The position numbers and the translations under genes are program-made. DNA of 64,000 nucleotides from a virus (lineage: Duplodnaviria; Caudoviricetes): the IMG/VR virus record IMGVR_UViG_2861229971_000004; one strand, 5' to 3'. Positions 8,323 to 20,100 of this stretch are shown here, piece after piece. The notes beneath the pieces are model-generated. The model saw only the letters and a program-made list of their open reading frames with translations. It ran no database searches and was not told where the DNA came from. Numbering within the stretch: position 1 is the stretch's first letter; each line of letters begins with the position of its first letter.

Positions 8323-11300
8323 GAAACATTTACGTCGACCTGTGTCTACAAATTCAAGCCGTCCGGCGCGATTTCGAACGCATCCGGACGCCGCTTGCTC
8401 CCGCAGTCGGCATAGCTGCATCGCTCTACACACATCAGGTCGCGAACGTGCATAGGGTGCTGACGGACGTAAGGGTTAGGCATCTGCTTGCCGATGAGGT
8501 TGGGCTCGGCAAGACCGTCCAAGCTCTGATGGTGCTGAACGCGCTTCGGAGCCAGAGGGCTGACCTGCAAGTACTGATCATGGTGCCCGATCAACTTGTC
8601 ACTCAGTGGCGCGACGAGATCATGACGCGAGCTCATACCGCACCGTTCGGGGAACACGACGCAGCCGAGGGCAGGCAGTATATCCGCTTGGCTTGGGAGG
8701 AGCAGTTCGGGATGCGTGACGCCGCGGGCAACCCGAAGTTCGCGCTCTCTGACATCGACCCCGACCGCTTCGATGTCCTCGTAGTTGATGAACTCCATCG
8801 CTTGCGCGCAGATGTCCAGGACCGGATTGTTCGCGTCGCTGCCCGCTTCGAGCACGTACTGGCGCTCACGGCGACGCCCGCCTTCCAGCACGTCAAGCGA
8901 CATGCGCAGCTATTCGCGTTGCTAGAGCCGGAGCGGGCCTCGCTGGCGCGAGGAAGAATCTCCACCGGAGATCGCGGAGTTGCCGAAGGTCTGGCGGCTG
9001 GCGACGACGTCTCTAAGTGGCCCGAATGGGCTGCGGCCGCCGTGGTCAATGAGTTTATCGAGGCTGATCGCACCGCGGCGTCCGCCTCAGTGCATTCCAG
9101 CCTTTGCACTGCGGCGCTAGCTCATTGCGCGTACCGTAGGGTCATTCGAACGAGACGGGTGGATTACAGCGGCGTGCTCCCTCGCCGCTGTCACCGGCCG
9201 CTTGTCGTCGAGCCTCTCGGCGCGGAAGTTGAGCGACAGTCCTTGATGTGGCAGTACTTCGAACACCTCGGCGATCTGAGCCGGGAATTCGATTCAGTAC
9301 GTCTCGCGAAACGTGTTGTCCTCAGCCCACCGTCGCTCGAGCAGCGCGTAGACTTCCTCCGGCGAAGAGGGCACGAGCGCGCTGGCCTGCTTGAGCGCGT
9401 CAAACCGCTCGTTCACCGCAGCCAAGGTGACTCCCGCGCCGATGCCCTCATCGATCTTCTGGCGGAAATCTGGACCGAGGACCCAACTGAACGCGTACTC
9501 GTAGCAGCGCAGGACAACCTGACAGTCGATTATCTCTTTGATCTCGTCCAGGCGCGACTCTCGGTCGTTGGTCCACTCTCCCAGCGAGTCCCGCTGGTTG
9601 CAGCTCGGGTTCGCCAAGGGATGATGACGGGGGCGGTCGAGGATCTCGGTGGATTTGGCAACGAGACAAACGAGAACCTTGAGGCCTTTCAACGCGGCGA
9701 CGCGCAGGTATTGTTCGCGCCAGAGGCCGTGCAAGTCGGCCTGAATCTCCAATGCGCACGCGTTCTGGTTCTTTACAGTGTCCCGTGGCGCCCCGAGGAA
9801 GTTGAGCAGTGGATCGGCAGGCTCGACAGGATCGGCAACGTCGCCGCCTTCTCGAACGAGGGCGGTGCAAAGACGATCGACGTGTACACCATTGCTCAGC
9901 GTGGCCTCGTCGATGAGAAGGTCGTCACTGTTCTCCAGCGCTTCCATGTCTTTGAGAGAAGTGTGAACCTCGACGGAGACCACCTCGACGAGCTAGCGAG
10001 CCTCATTGAAGACGCCGCGTTACGCCCAAAACGGATCGACTGGCGAGAACTAGCGGACACTACGGAGGAGATGGCGGCCGAAGACGAGGTACAGGAACTC
10101 GCCTCTGCTCTGCGCAAGCACCTCCCTTGGACAGTCGACTTAGCCACCGCTGAGCGCCAGTGGCTGGATTCAATACCTCCCGCTCCTCCTGTCCTCAAAG
10201 CTCTTCCCGAGCACTCGGCGTTAGGCCCCCGAGCGTGGGATCGGGCGCTCGAGGGGATGCTAAGTTTGCTTGACTATGCTGCCGACTACCACATCCGCTG
10301 GAACACAGACCCGGAGACAGGTGGCCGTTTTCGGACGCTGTGGTATCAGTTCGGTGAGAAGGGGATGTACGGTCGGCGAGAGGTCCGGTCGAAGGTGGTT
10401 TTCTCGTTCGGCGCGGATCCATCGCACGAGCGCAGCCCACGACACGCGTACGCATTCATAACTCGTCGCGGTGACATCGGGACTCCCCCTCGGCGGAGCG
10501 TCACCATGGTGCTGGACGGTGACCATGTCCGACGGACTCTTCGGTTCCTCAACTTTGGCGATGCGCTCCACGATGAACTAATTGACGGCTGGTTACCGCA
10601 ACGTAATGGCCTATTGAAGCTGAGCGTCACGTTCTTCGACGATCACAGCGTTTGGCAGTACCGGGCGCCCGGTCTGTACCTTCTTAGGCTGTCCGTCATT
10701 GATCCGGCGGATGCACTCATGGCACGAGGCTTGGAGGAGAGGACACTCGGAGCCGTGGTCCAAGCCGCAACTCTCAGTGAAATTGATCGACTTCCCGATC
10801 TGTTGCGTCCTTTTAGGAAAGTTATGCGTTGCGCGATGGAAGCTGACGTTCGTTGGCTCCGCGCACAGTTCACCGCGTGCATGACCCTCGATTTACGAAG
10901 ACAGGAGCACGGAAATTGGGTCCAGGTCGAAGCCGAGGAGGCTGCGGCGCTCTTCAACCCTATGGCACATGAGCGCAATGGCGTCCCGAGGGCAAGCGAC
11001 CTGCGCAAAGACGGGGCGGACATCGCCTCCGCTGAGGCGGAACTGTCTAGTCAGCGGCAGGCTGACGCGACGGCCGCACGCTCAGCGTGGAGCCATCGCT
11101 TTTCTAACTTTGGGGAGTCGCTCACGGCTCGCTTGGTGGTCGTCGAAGAGGAAGGCCACGATGCGGTCGCAATTGCCACTGAGGAACTGCGTCGGGCTGA
11201 GGCGGCTCTTGAGTTGGCACGGGAGCGAGGCAATCGAGCACAGATCACGCGTGCGGAGAATGCTCGTAATGCCGCTGGGGACACTCTGGGCATGACCCGG

Positions 11301-11411
11301 GCGTTTTGGGACGAGCGCACTCGCTGGCTTCGGGAGTGCAAGGAGGAGGTTCGCACGGTCCTCCCTCGAGAAAAGCTGACAGCAATAATTCAAACTCGAA
11401 AAGTCTCCTAG
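8319..11411 (+). CDS. SNF2/RapA-like SF2 helicase-ATPase
   Basis: HLLADEVGLGKT (Walker A), VVDELH (Walker B), LTATP, QVGLNLQ, EQWIGRLDRIG; C-terminal coiled-coil-like region. Confidence 0.9.
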   Translation: MRNIYVDLCLQIQAVRRDFERIRTPLAPAVGIAASLYTHQVANVHRVLTDVRVRHLLADEVGLGKTVQALMVLNALRSQRADLQVLIMVPDQLVTQWRDEIMTRAHTAPFGEHDAAEGRQYIRLAWEEQFGMRDAAGNPKFALSDIDPDRFDVLVVDELHRLRADVQDRIVRVAARFEHVLALTATPAFQHVKRHAQLFALLEPERASLARGRISTGDRGVAEGLAAGDDVSKWPEWAAAAVVNEFIEADRTAASASVHSSLCTAALAHCAYRRVIRTRRVDYSGVLPRRCHRPLVVEPLGAEVERQSLMWQYFEHLGDLSREFDSVRLAKRVVLSPPSLEQRVDFLRRRGHERAGLLERVKPLVHRSQGDSRADALIDLLAEIWTEDPTERVLVAAQDNLTVDYLFDLVQARLSVVGPLSQRVPLVAARVRQGMMTGAVEDLGGFGNETNENLEAFQRGDAQVLFAPEAVQVGLNLQCARVLVLYSVPWRPEEVEQWIGRLDRIGNVAAFSNEGGAKTIDVYTIAQRGLVDEKVVTVLQRFHVFERSVNLDGDHLDELASLIEDAALRPKRIDWRELADTTEEMAAEDEVQELASALRKHLPWTVDLATAERQWLDSIPPAPPVLKALPEHSALGPRAWDRALEGMLSLLDYAADYHIRWNTDPETGGRFRTLWYQFGEKGMYGRREVRSKVVFSFGADPSHERSPRHAYAFITRRGDIGTPPRRSVTMVLDGDHVRRTLRFLNFGDALHDELIDGWLPQRNGLLKLSVTFFDDHSVWQYRAPGLYLLRLSVIDPADALMARGLEERTLGAVVQAATLSEIDRLPDLLRPFRKVMRCAMEADVRWLRAQFTACMTLDLRRQEHGNWVQVEAEEAAALFNPMAHERNGVPRASDLRKDGADIASAEAELSSQRQADATAARSAWSHRFSNFGESLTARLVVVEEEGHDAVAIATEELRRAEAALELARERGNRAQITRAENARNAAGDTLGMTRAFWDERTRWLRECKEEVRTVLPREKLTAIIQTRKVS

Positions 11412-11427
11412 CCGTGGGAGCGTTGGC

Positions 11428-12438
11428 CTAGGTTAGCAGTCGCCACAGGTCGGGGCCCTTCGGGCTCACATCCCATGCCCATGCGCCGCTAGGACTTCCA
11501 AGGATATCCATGGCCGCGCGCAACTGAACCGGCGCCGGGAACGTTAACTGGATCCTGAGCCCGTCTGCACGCACGACCTCCTCGGCGCCGACACGCCTCC
11601 CACGCGCGAGCACAGCCCATCGCCACTCATCCTCGTCGTAGAGGTCAAGCGCCCGCTGACCGTCTCCAGCCACGGCGACGATGCATGGGTGCCAGTGAGT
11701 GTCTCCGTAGCCGCGGCGATAGGCACACCACAGCCCCTCTCCCGGATCTGTCGTCCACCTACCCTCAGGCTGCGCCGAGTTGTGACGGCCGAAGAAATCT
11801 CCTGGACGCCCCCCTAGAAAACGCACCTCAGCGTCAGCACTGACCGTCAGTCCTTCCTCGGTCAGTGCCTCCTCAAGTAAGTCCCAGAATCGGCCGAGCG
11901 TGACCGCGTCGCTCCTCGCAGGCTGCCGCATTCGCCTACTTGCGTGACGAAGGTAGCCTGGAGGCACCAACCACTCCGAGAGCGATACCTCCTGCACCCC
12001 AGCAAGTTCCAAAATAGCGACTTCGTCGTCAGTGCCGACACGAAGTCTGCGAACTATGTCGTGGTTGTCGCTGTCCACCAGCGAGAGTCCATCGGGGGGC
12101 TCCGACACTCCCAGAAAAGCGGAGACACCCTCACCCACTGAGATCCACCTCGGTGTAGTCGGCGCCAAATAGAGTTCGTGCCCAACGTAAACCTCTTCGC
12201 ATTCGCCTATATCGACAAGCCGCCGTAGGACGCGTGGGATATCGCTAACGTCTTCAACGCCGCTGGCCCGGAACTCGGCGCGTGCGTGCTTGACAACATC
12301 TCGCTTGGGACTCAGCCCCCAGCGGCTCAGCGGCGCGCGCACAATATTTGCGATTGCACGTTCGCTCGGCCTCCCCTCGGCATCGAGGTAGCCAAACTGG
12401 GTGCTGAGTTGGGCACGAGACTGCGTTCGAAGTCTCAT
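11428..12438 (-). CDS. Hypothetical protein (~336 aa), last gene of the DruE operon
   Basis: ORF starts 2 nt after the stop of the NERD-helicase gene (ATG at 12438). Trp-rich C-terminal half; no named motif. Confidence 0.65.
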   Translation of the reverse strand: MRLRTQSRAQLSTQFGYLDAEGRPSERAIANIVRAPLSRWGLSPKRDVVKHARAEFRASGVEDVSDIPRVLRRLVDIGECEEVYVGHELYLAPTTPRWISVGEGVSAFLGVSEPPDGLSLVDSDNHDIVRRLRVGTDDEVAILELAGVQEVSLSEWLVPPGYLRHASRRMRQPARSDAVTLGRFWDLLEEALTEEGLTVSADAEVRFLGGRPGDFFGRHNSAQPEGRWTTDPGEGLWCAYRRGYGDTHWHPCIVAVAGDGQRALDLYDEDEWRWAVLARGRRVGAEEVVRADGLRIQLTFPAPVQLRAAMDILGSPSGAWAWDVSPKGPDLWRLLT

Positions 12439-12440
12439 GC

Positions 12441-14171
12441 CTACGCCTCGGAAACTGATTGGGCCGCTGTTATAACCTCGCGACACTGGTCCCCATGCAC
12501 GACCGCGATCAGCAGCACCTTAGCGCGTGTGCACGCGACGTAGAGGTCCTCCCTTCGGAACAGTCGGCCAAAACCGTCGAGATCATACAGCACGACCACC
12601 TCGGCCTCGAGTCCCTTGAATGAGCGGGCCGTGGTTACGAGTATACCCCCACCGTCGCGCCACTCCTCCGCTGACATAACTAGAGGTACGCCATCAATGT
12701 CCGTCAGGTCTGACAGACTACCGTTCTCCTTGGCTGCAGGTCCTATCACCGCGATCTGTCTAGGCGCCACGTCCTCCCGCTGCAACAACGACCGTAGTTC
12801 CTGAATTACCAACCCCTTTTGCTGCCTAGAGGAATTGGCGCGGAGCACTCGCAGAGCACTCCCCTGGGGTGCACGCGGGAATATGTGACACTCTAGATTG
12901 AGAACCGAGGCGCTCGCCAAGGCGATCCGCCTTGTATTTCGGCAGTTGATCGTCAACTTGAAGCGCGCTGCAAATTCGACATCAGGCCACTGCACTTCAC
13001 CGCGAAGCGACTGATTGGGATCTATGAAGGCATAAAGGGGGCCATCTGCCTCCGACAGAAGCGACTGTGTCAGCGTGTACCACCAGCCCAACGAGAAGTC
13101 TTGCGCCTCGTCCACGACAATGGCGTCGAAGTGGATCTCGCGACCCTCCATGGCGAGATCGACAATGGCCTGCTCCATGAGGTCAGGGACTTCGTCGTTC
13201 CAGAATGCCTCCGTTCGAGCGCCACCAGCCGCAGGGCGGAAATCTAAGCCCGCCTCAGTTGCAAGTTCCGCGGCGAGACCATGGAAATGCTTGACCGTCA
13301 GCAAATCGCGGAAGTCGGCCGTACTCGGATCTTCCTGCACCTGTCGCCGAATCCAGGCCGCGAGTTCCTTGTTGAAGCAGACGAACAGGGTCTTCATACC
13401 CTCGCGCGCGAAAGCTAGCGCCCGATGTATCGCGAGGAACGTCTTACCAGACCCAGCCACTCCCTCAACCAGCACCCGGTCTTGGACGTAGAGACCGGTG
13501 AACACTTGGGCCTGTGTCTCGGTAAGTTCGAGCAACTGGTTGGCCACCAGTTCAATATCCGGGCCTACGGGCCTGAAGACCCTGAACTTGGGCATCAGGC
13601 AGTCGTTCACCAGCATCGTGTATCGATCGCGAGGAAGCAATCGCGGTTCATCGGTCCAAGCCGCGAATGCAGTCTCGATTGCCTGTGCCATGAAGGGGAG
13701 ATTGCGCCGAGAGATCACGATGGCCTTGTCGGCGTGAGGTGGCGGCAAACCCTCGTAGTCTAGGTGTGGGAAGACAACCGCATAACCATGTACGAGGTCC
13801 TGCTTTCGGATCCGTTCTCCCGATCGCTCTCGTACGATTTCCAAAAGCGCGTGCATGTTGCGCTGCGCCTGCCTAAACGGGTCTTGGAACTCGTCCGGCC
13901 CGGTCTTTGTGTCGCGGAACCATCGGTAGCCATCGTAGCGGATCGTATCCCCTCCCTTGACCTCGAGGATGAGAAGACCGCGGGAAGGGTGGAGCACGAC
14001 AAAATCCGCTTCGCCTTCGGCAAGAGCCTTGCTGCGCCACGGGCGAAGCCACGGATAGGAATGTAGAACGATATAATCGTCGCCCAACTGGTCGCGTAGC
14101 GCGACATATACAGGTTCCTCGGAGGCGTGCTGGAGTTGGGAAGGATCAACGTCGGGCAGCATCCGGGCCAT
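12441..14171 (-). CDS. NERD nuclease fused to a UvrD-like SF1 helicase
   Basis: GEADFVVLHP..GLLILEVKGG (NERD/PD-(D/E)XK), GVAGSGKT, VDEAQD, SFKGLE, LYVACTRAK; start overlaps the DruE stop (TAATG). Confidence 0.85.
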   Translation of the reverse strand: MARMLPDVDPSQLQHASEEPVYVALRDQLGDDYIVLHSYPWLRPWRSKALAEGEADFVVLHPSRGLLILEVKGGDTIRYDGYRWFRDTKTGPDEFQDPFRQAQRNMHALLEIVRERSGERIRKQDLVHGYAVVFPHLDYEGLPPPHADKAIVISRRNLPFMAQAIETAFAAWTDEPRLLPRDRYTMLVNDCLMPKFRVFRPVGPDIELVANQLLELTETQAQVFTGLYVQDRVLVEGVAGSGKTFLAIHRALAFAREGMKTLFVCFNKELAAWIRRQVQEDPSTADFRDLLTVKHFHGLAAELATEAGLDFRPAAGGARTEAFWNDEVPDLMEQAIVDLAMEGREIHFDAIVVDEAQDFSLGWWYTLTQSLLSEADGPLYAFIDPNQSLRGEVQWPDVEFAARFKLTINCRNTRRIALASASVLNLECHIFPRAPQGSALRVLRANSSRQQKGLVIQELRSLLQREDVAPRQIAVIGPAAKENGSLSDLTDIDGVPLVMSAEEWRDGGGILVTTARSFKGLEAEVVVLYDLDGFGRLFRREDLYVACTRAKVLLIAVVHGDQCREVITAAQSVSEA

Positions 14172-17100
14172 TACGCCTCTCCCAACTTGTGGAGGACACC
14201 GTTTACGAACACGCCAAACGCTCTCCCTAGGACGCTCACGTCCTGGGCCCGCGGCGTCTCCGAGCGGGGCGCGACATGGGATAGATACAGGACACTCACC
14301 TTGTCCTTCCGGAGGCGCGGCAAGCCAAAGGTCCAGCGGTCGTTTGTGGCGTTGAAGGCCCCAGCCTTGCTGACAAGCAAGCGAGGCGTGTGGTCTTTGT
14401 TGCCGACTACGAAGTCATCCTGATGCGTCGGTGTGAAGACCACCCAAGCCCCCGCGGCGAACTCACTATTTCCCATTCGCTCCAGCGTGGGGCGTGCTAG
14501 CTGAACGATGAACGATCCCGATGGGGCACCGCCAACCGCCACCCTAGCGAGCGGCTCTGGCTGCTCGTCGGTAGCGAGAGAGGCCAAGTCGTAGACGGGG
14601 CAGCCGTCGTCTTCTGAGGGGAGAAACGCAGGTAGCGTGAATCCAGAGTTGCCGCCTGTTTTTGCCCCAGTGGCCTCCCGAACCGCTGCTGGGAGTGCTC
14701 TGTCCACGAGCAACTTATCCACTACGACGTGAGGCGCTCCGCTCGCGATGAGTGCTCTGCCGGTCGCTGAGCCGGCCGCGCCGGGCGTCATCGGATGCCC
14801 GAGCACCACGATCCGACCCGAGAGGTCCAACAGCCTTAGTCCCCCCTCTAGCCGCTCCACTGTATGTCCCGACTCAGTCAGGTCCACCTCTAGCGCTTGA
14901 AGGAGGCGTTCTTCGTCATCGGTCCCGAGTGTAGGCGCTTCACCATGAATGACGTGGCGAATGAATGCCGCGCCCAAGTTGCGGTCGAGATACTTGTGGT
15001 CCCACTTGTTCTTGTAGCTGCGCAGGCACTCGTAGCAGGAATGCGTGCAGTCACAGGACTCCAAGCGCGTGAGGGCCTCCTCGAAGAGCCTTTTCGGATC
15101 TGCGGCCGCAGAGCGCACAAACCCGGCGCCGCCCGGTGTGAGGTCATAAAGGTATACCTCGACTTCGTTCCCCGTCCGGCCTCCGCTTGTCATCGCCACG
15201 CGGAACTCAGCGCCGATATCAGACTCTTCTATGTCCATGATCATTGCCGCTGCGGAGGCAAGCGCCTCCGCGACGGTGGTGAGCACAATCTTGGCCACGA
15301 CCGACCCCGGCGGTAGGGCGACAGCGCCGGCCAATTGAAAGCGGAATAGAGCGATGTCCGTCTCAAACTCATTGCCTAGGACCACCACCGTGGGGGTACC
15401 GTTGCAACTCGCGCCATGCGGATGATGGTCTGGGTTTGGACGAGGGTGACCGCCCCGCTGGAAGCGGCCGGCAGCCCACCCGTTCGGCTCTGCTCGACCG
15501 CACTTCGGGCAATAGAGGAAGCCCGGCTTCATCTGATCATGGGAGCCCGTGTTCGTTAGAACGAGCCGCTGCTTGGCAGTCCAGATTTCGTAGCCTGCGC
15601 CGTTGGTTGCAATGTCCGACCTTTCGGCTGGTCCGCTGTCGGTGAAGGGCGCGCTCAGTTTCGCGCGGGTCGGCCTTGTGGGAGTGGGGCTGTCATCTAG
15701 GGGGAGCTCAGCGTCGAGGTCGACCGGATGGGCGAAGCCCGGCGGACGAAGCCAGCGCGTACCGACCCCTAGGGAACCGCCAGAACCACAGGCTGGGCAG
15801 TCTAGAACTTGGCCAACATAGTGTTCGTCGCTCCTCTGCTCGACGCGAGCGTAACCGCAGCGGTCGCACTCGAAGTAGACTTTCATGCCGAACCACGCCT
15901 GCCAGCAGTCCCGGCGGTTGAATGGCGTCCAGATGGCGAACGAGTAGTGGCGCTCACCGTTCACCCAAACCTCTCGACCTGGCGCATAGCCCGATAGCGC
16001 TTGGTTGAGACCGAGTTGCGGAGAGTACTTGAGGACTGCCTTGCGCTCGGTACTCGCGGCCGGATCAAAGACGTGAAAGGTCACCACATCAGTAGGGAAC
16101 GCGTATCGTGGGAGCACCCCACGATCAAAGAGACGATCCAGCAACTTCTCCGGATCGAGCCCTCCGTCGGGCGCGTCCTCGGTCCGATCAACGTCCGCCG
16201 AGGTGTGCGCTGCTTCAGGTGCGCCGGTATCGACCGCATCGAAGTCTACGTCGTCACCCCAGCCCATCATTAGCGTGCCACGGGCAGCTTGTGCCTCCTC
16301 CCCGCCACCTTCCGCGACGAGTTCCTCGACGGCGGGTGAGAACTGATCCTCCACCTCCGATGCCTCCAACGGGCCGGCGCCCACCTCGCGCAGTGCGGAC
16401 AGCAGCGCCAAAGGCACGTCGTCCACGAACCCTGGTGCCGCAGCAACAACGGACGCAGGGACGATCTCCTCTAACGCACCGCGGACTCGGGCCGCCTCTC
16501 GATTGAGCCATGCCTTGAGGCCGGCGTAGGAGAACTCCATCGCATCTCCGGTCCGGAAGTCCTGCAGCATTCCGAGGCTCTCGAAGACGTTGGAACTGAC
16601 GCTTTCGTCGTCGGGATCGGCGATCGCGGCCATCTGGAACATGCTCATCACGAGCGCGAAGCAGTGCCGGCGAATGATCTCAAGGTTGTCCAGGTTCAGC
16701 GTCGGGTCAGGCACTGGGCCGCTAACCATCGCTGCGGGGTGCGAGTAGAACTCCTGGTCATGGCTGTCCGCGCCGCAGTAGGTAATTACGGTCGAGAGAG
16801 CAGAGCCCCGGCGACCGGCCCGGCCGGCACGTTGCTGGTAATTTGCCCGCCCAGGCGGCACGTTGCGCAAGGCTACAGCCGTGAGGCTGCCAATGTCGAT
16901 GCCGACTTCCATCGTCGTCGTGCATGACAGAACGTCGATAGGGCCGTCGCGCCGCCCCTCCGGACCCTCAACGTCGAGATCTTGGAACCTCAGTTCATGC
17001 CATTCCGCTCGCGCCACTGCGCCGCTGTTGCTGCTGTCGTTGAGCGCAGCGGAGTGCTCGGCGGCGACGTATGGGTGGGGCGCGTAATCGGGCTCGGCCG

Positions 17101-20100
17101 CGAGCCTCTCCACATGTCGGCGGAAGTGCCCCTTTCGCGACCGGAACACGGTGTCGGTCGCAGGATCTAGCGCGCTAGTCGTGCCGGTGCAGACCCTGTG
17201 GCCCGGACGAACGCGGCAGCGATCGGCGGCGAGCGGGTTGAACGGCTGGGCTGTGGTGCACGTATCGCAGCGGCGCCACTCGATTTCCTCTGTAACCACT
17301 CGGAGCTTGGCGGCCCTCAGTATAAATCCATTGGCGGTCTCGTTGGTCCCGAAGACCTTCGAGAGGAACTTCCCCCATTCCGACGGCGCCCCTGTTCGTC
17401 CTTTGAGGTTTGCGTTGAACCACTTCGTACCGACGAAATCCTTCACGAACGATGGAAACGTCGCCTTTGTGCGCCGTATCTTCGCCCCTGTGCTAGCGTC
17501 GAGCCACTCGCTCGGCGTGGTGGGCAGATACAATGCGTGACTAAGGACCGCGTCGTTCAGCCAAAGATCAAGCAGCGCCCAACGGCGCTCTTCCTCGCTA
17601 AGGTGACCGGGCTCAGGCGGCGCCGGCAACTTCTGGAACGCTCGCAGGTCTGTTGGGTCGAGCGAGGCGCGGATTGTCGCCAAGCCAAGGGCGCTGAGCC
17701 CGGTATGTGGGTCCTTCAGCACCGGATAGAGCGCGAGCATCAGGGCCTTATTTGTGCGGTGCGTGTTCAGTTCCGCTGACCTGCTGCGGATTTCCTGCTC
17801 CGTGGTTGGCGGGGCGCTAGTCAGCAACTCCCGGAATAGAGCAAGATCCTCCTCGAAGTGCGGCGCCTGAGCGGGGCGCAGGGTGACACCGTTCATGGCG
17901 CAGCCTGTCAGGAGGGCGGCGTAGGCATGGTCGAGTGTCACCGGACCTCCGAAACGCTGCTCTAGCCGGCTCAACCCGTCTAGGAGCAGCGGCCGCACCG
18001 CGTCGCGCATCGAATACTGTTGAAGTTTCCCGGCAAGCCGTGAGGCTGCTTGTCGCCCGTCGGAGAAGATGAGTGCTTTGCGCCCCTTGAGCGGAGTGTC
18101 GACCTCTTGGCGCGGGGGCTGCTCGAGGACCTGCGAGGAAACGATCTCCTGGAACGGCTCATCGCCTTTCGTCACATGGTCCATTATGTGGTCTGAACCG
18201 TCCGCTCCGCAGCGGAGGCAGTTTTGAAACTCTCCGGGGCTCGTGTCCTTTTGCCCAAGAGGCGGGAGCCATATCTCACGAGCTGCGTCGTTCCCTGATC
18301 CTACGCGGCCAGACACCGGATCCAGGTACTCGAACCGCGCTCCTGAGCCTGCGGGAGGTTCCTCCAGTGAGAGAAATACGGGCTGGACGACCCCGTCCAC
18401 GCCGTCCACTTCACCGATATCCTCTGCCCACAGATAGTCGGGAGTGCCGGGATCGAACGAATAGGCCTTAAAGTATGCGCAGCCACACGACCGGCACGTG
18501 TAAACTTCGAACACCCGCGCTCCACACTCGCATGTCCGACGAGGCTGAGCGTAAAGCGCTCCAGTCGGCGGTAATGTGTCCCAACGCTCTCGCTGAGAGT
18601 CGGAGACATGGGAGCACTGCGGATCCGAGCATGCCCATAAGCCCGGGAGCCCTCGAAAGAATGCATGGGCGCGAGCAGCTAGGAGTGGTGCCTGCTTGCT
18701 GTCAGGCTTCGCCATGGAAGTGAGTTCAACCAAGGCGTTAGTGGCAACGCGGGCAAGATCAGCCTCAACTTCCGGAAAGAGCCGTGAGGCCAGTTCTCCG
18801 ATCTCCTGAGCCGGTCCCACGCCTGCAGAGTCACGTTCGAGGTCTTCGTCGGCTACCGCGCCGCTTGTGAGGTTCACGAGGCGACCGGTCACCGGGAACT
18901 GCTTGAGCGCGCGGTGGAGAGCCCTCCCCAACGGATCTCCGTCAGGCGACGCGCTTGCCTCGTCCAGCAGGGACTCAGACGAGACTTGATCGTCTGCCAA
19001 CTGAAGAACCGGCATGACCGCGTCAAGACGAGCCGCCAGGTCGCCTTCGTAGACCCGGCGGAGGTCCACTCCCGCTAGCGTCTCCGCAACTCGCCTGTCG
19101 CCGGGCCCGGAGGGATGAGACGCGCGCTTCGTCCCTCTAAGAACCTCAAATCCTTCTGGAGGCTTGCCCGCGAGGTCAGCGGCGAACTTCTTTGCCGCTG
19201 AAGGATCTGAAAACGACGCGCTCGTACAGATGACCTGCAACTGCTCCGGACGAAGTGCCAGTCGGTTACGTAGGCGGCGGATCAACATCGCCACCTCAGT
19301 CCCCTGTGCGCCCCTGTAAAGGTGGGCCTCGTCCAAAATGAGGATCAGCCGCTCTTCTGGATGATCCGCATAGTACTCGGCGGTCACCCTGAAGATGTCC
19401 CGTTCAATGGGACGAAGGAGCATGTACTCCAGCATCGAGTAATTGGTGACAAGGAGATCAGGAACCCCCTCCTGCGCCTCGTGCCGCAGGAATAGTTCTG
19501 GATCCTCTGGACGCTCGACAGTACGGACCCACTCGTCACCTCGCTTCCAAGCGCCCTTGCCCAGCCAGGCGCTCATGCCGTCCTCGCAATCCGGACTGGT
19601 TGGCGGCTTCGCTGGCCATTTGCCGCGGCGCCGCAACTCGCCGATCAAGCGTTTCACGTCGGCATCAGAAGCTGCGCGATCTTCGAGTTTCGTGAAGAAC
19701 TCGAGCGGCTCTTTTAAGCGCGTCCAGTGCTTTTTAGTGTCCTCCCTGCGGCTGCCTGGGTACAGGGTCCGCCCCGTATAGCGAGCGAACTTCATTGGGC
19801 GCCCACCTTTGTCAGTGAACCAGCGTGCGACGTTGTTGTCGCCGAAGAGCACACGCAAGCGGCCGAGTTGATCGTTGACCAGCGCGTTCATCGGGTAGAG
19901 GAGTAACGCCCGAACGGCGCGCGTCGAGAACGAGCTCCCGCTCATAGCCTCCTCCGCCATTCGGCCCAATATCGGGAGGAGGAAGGTCTCAGTCTTGCCC
20001 GAACCAGTTCCGGTCGTCACGACGAGGTCACGGAACGGTGGTGTAAGCGCGAGTTCGAGAGCATGCGCCTGGTGGTCGTACGGCGGATCGAAAATAACCC

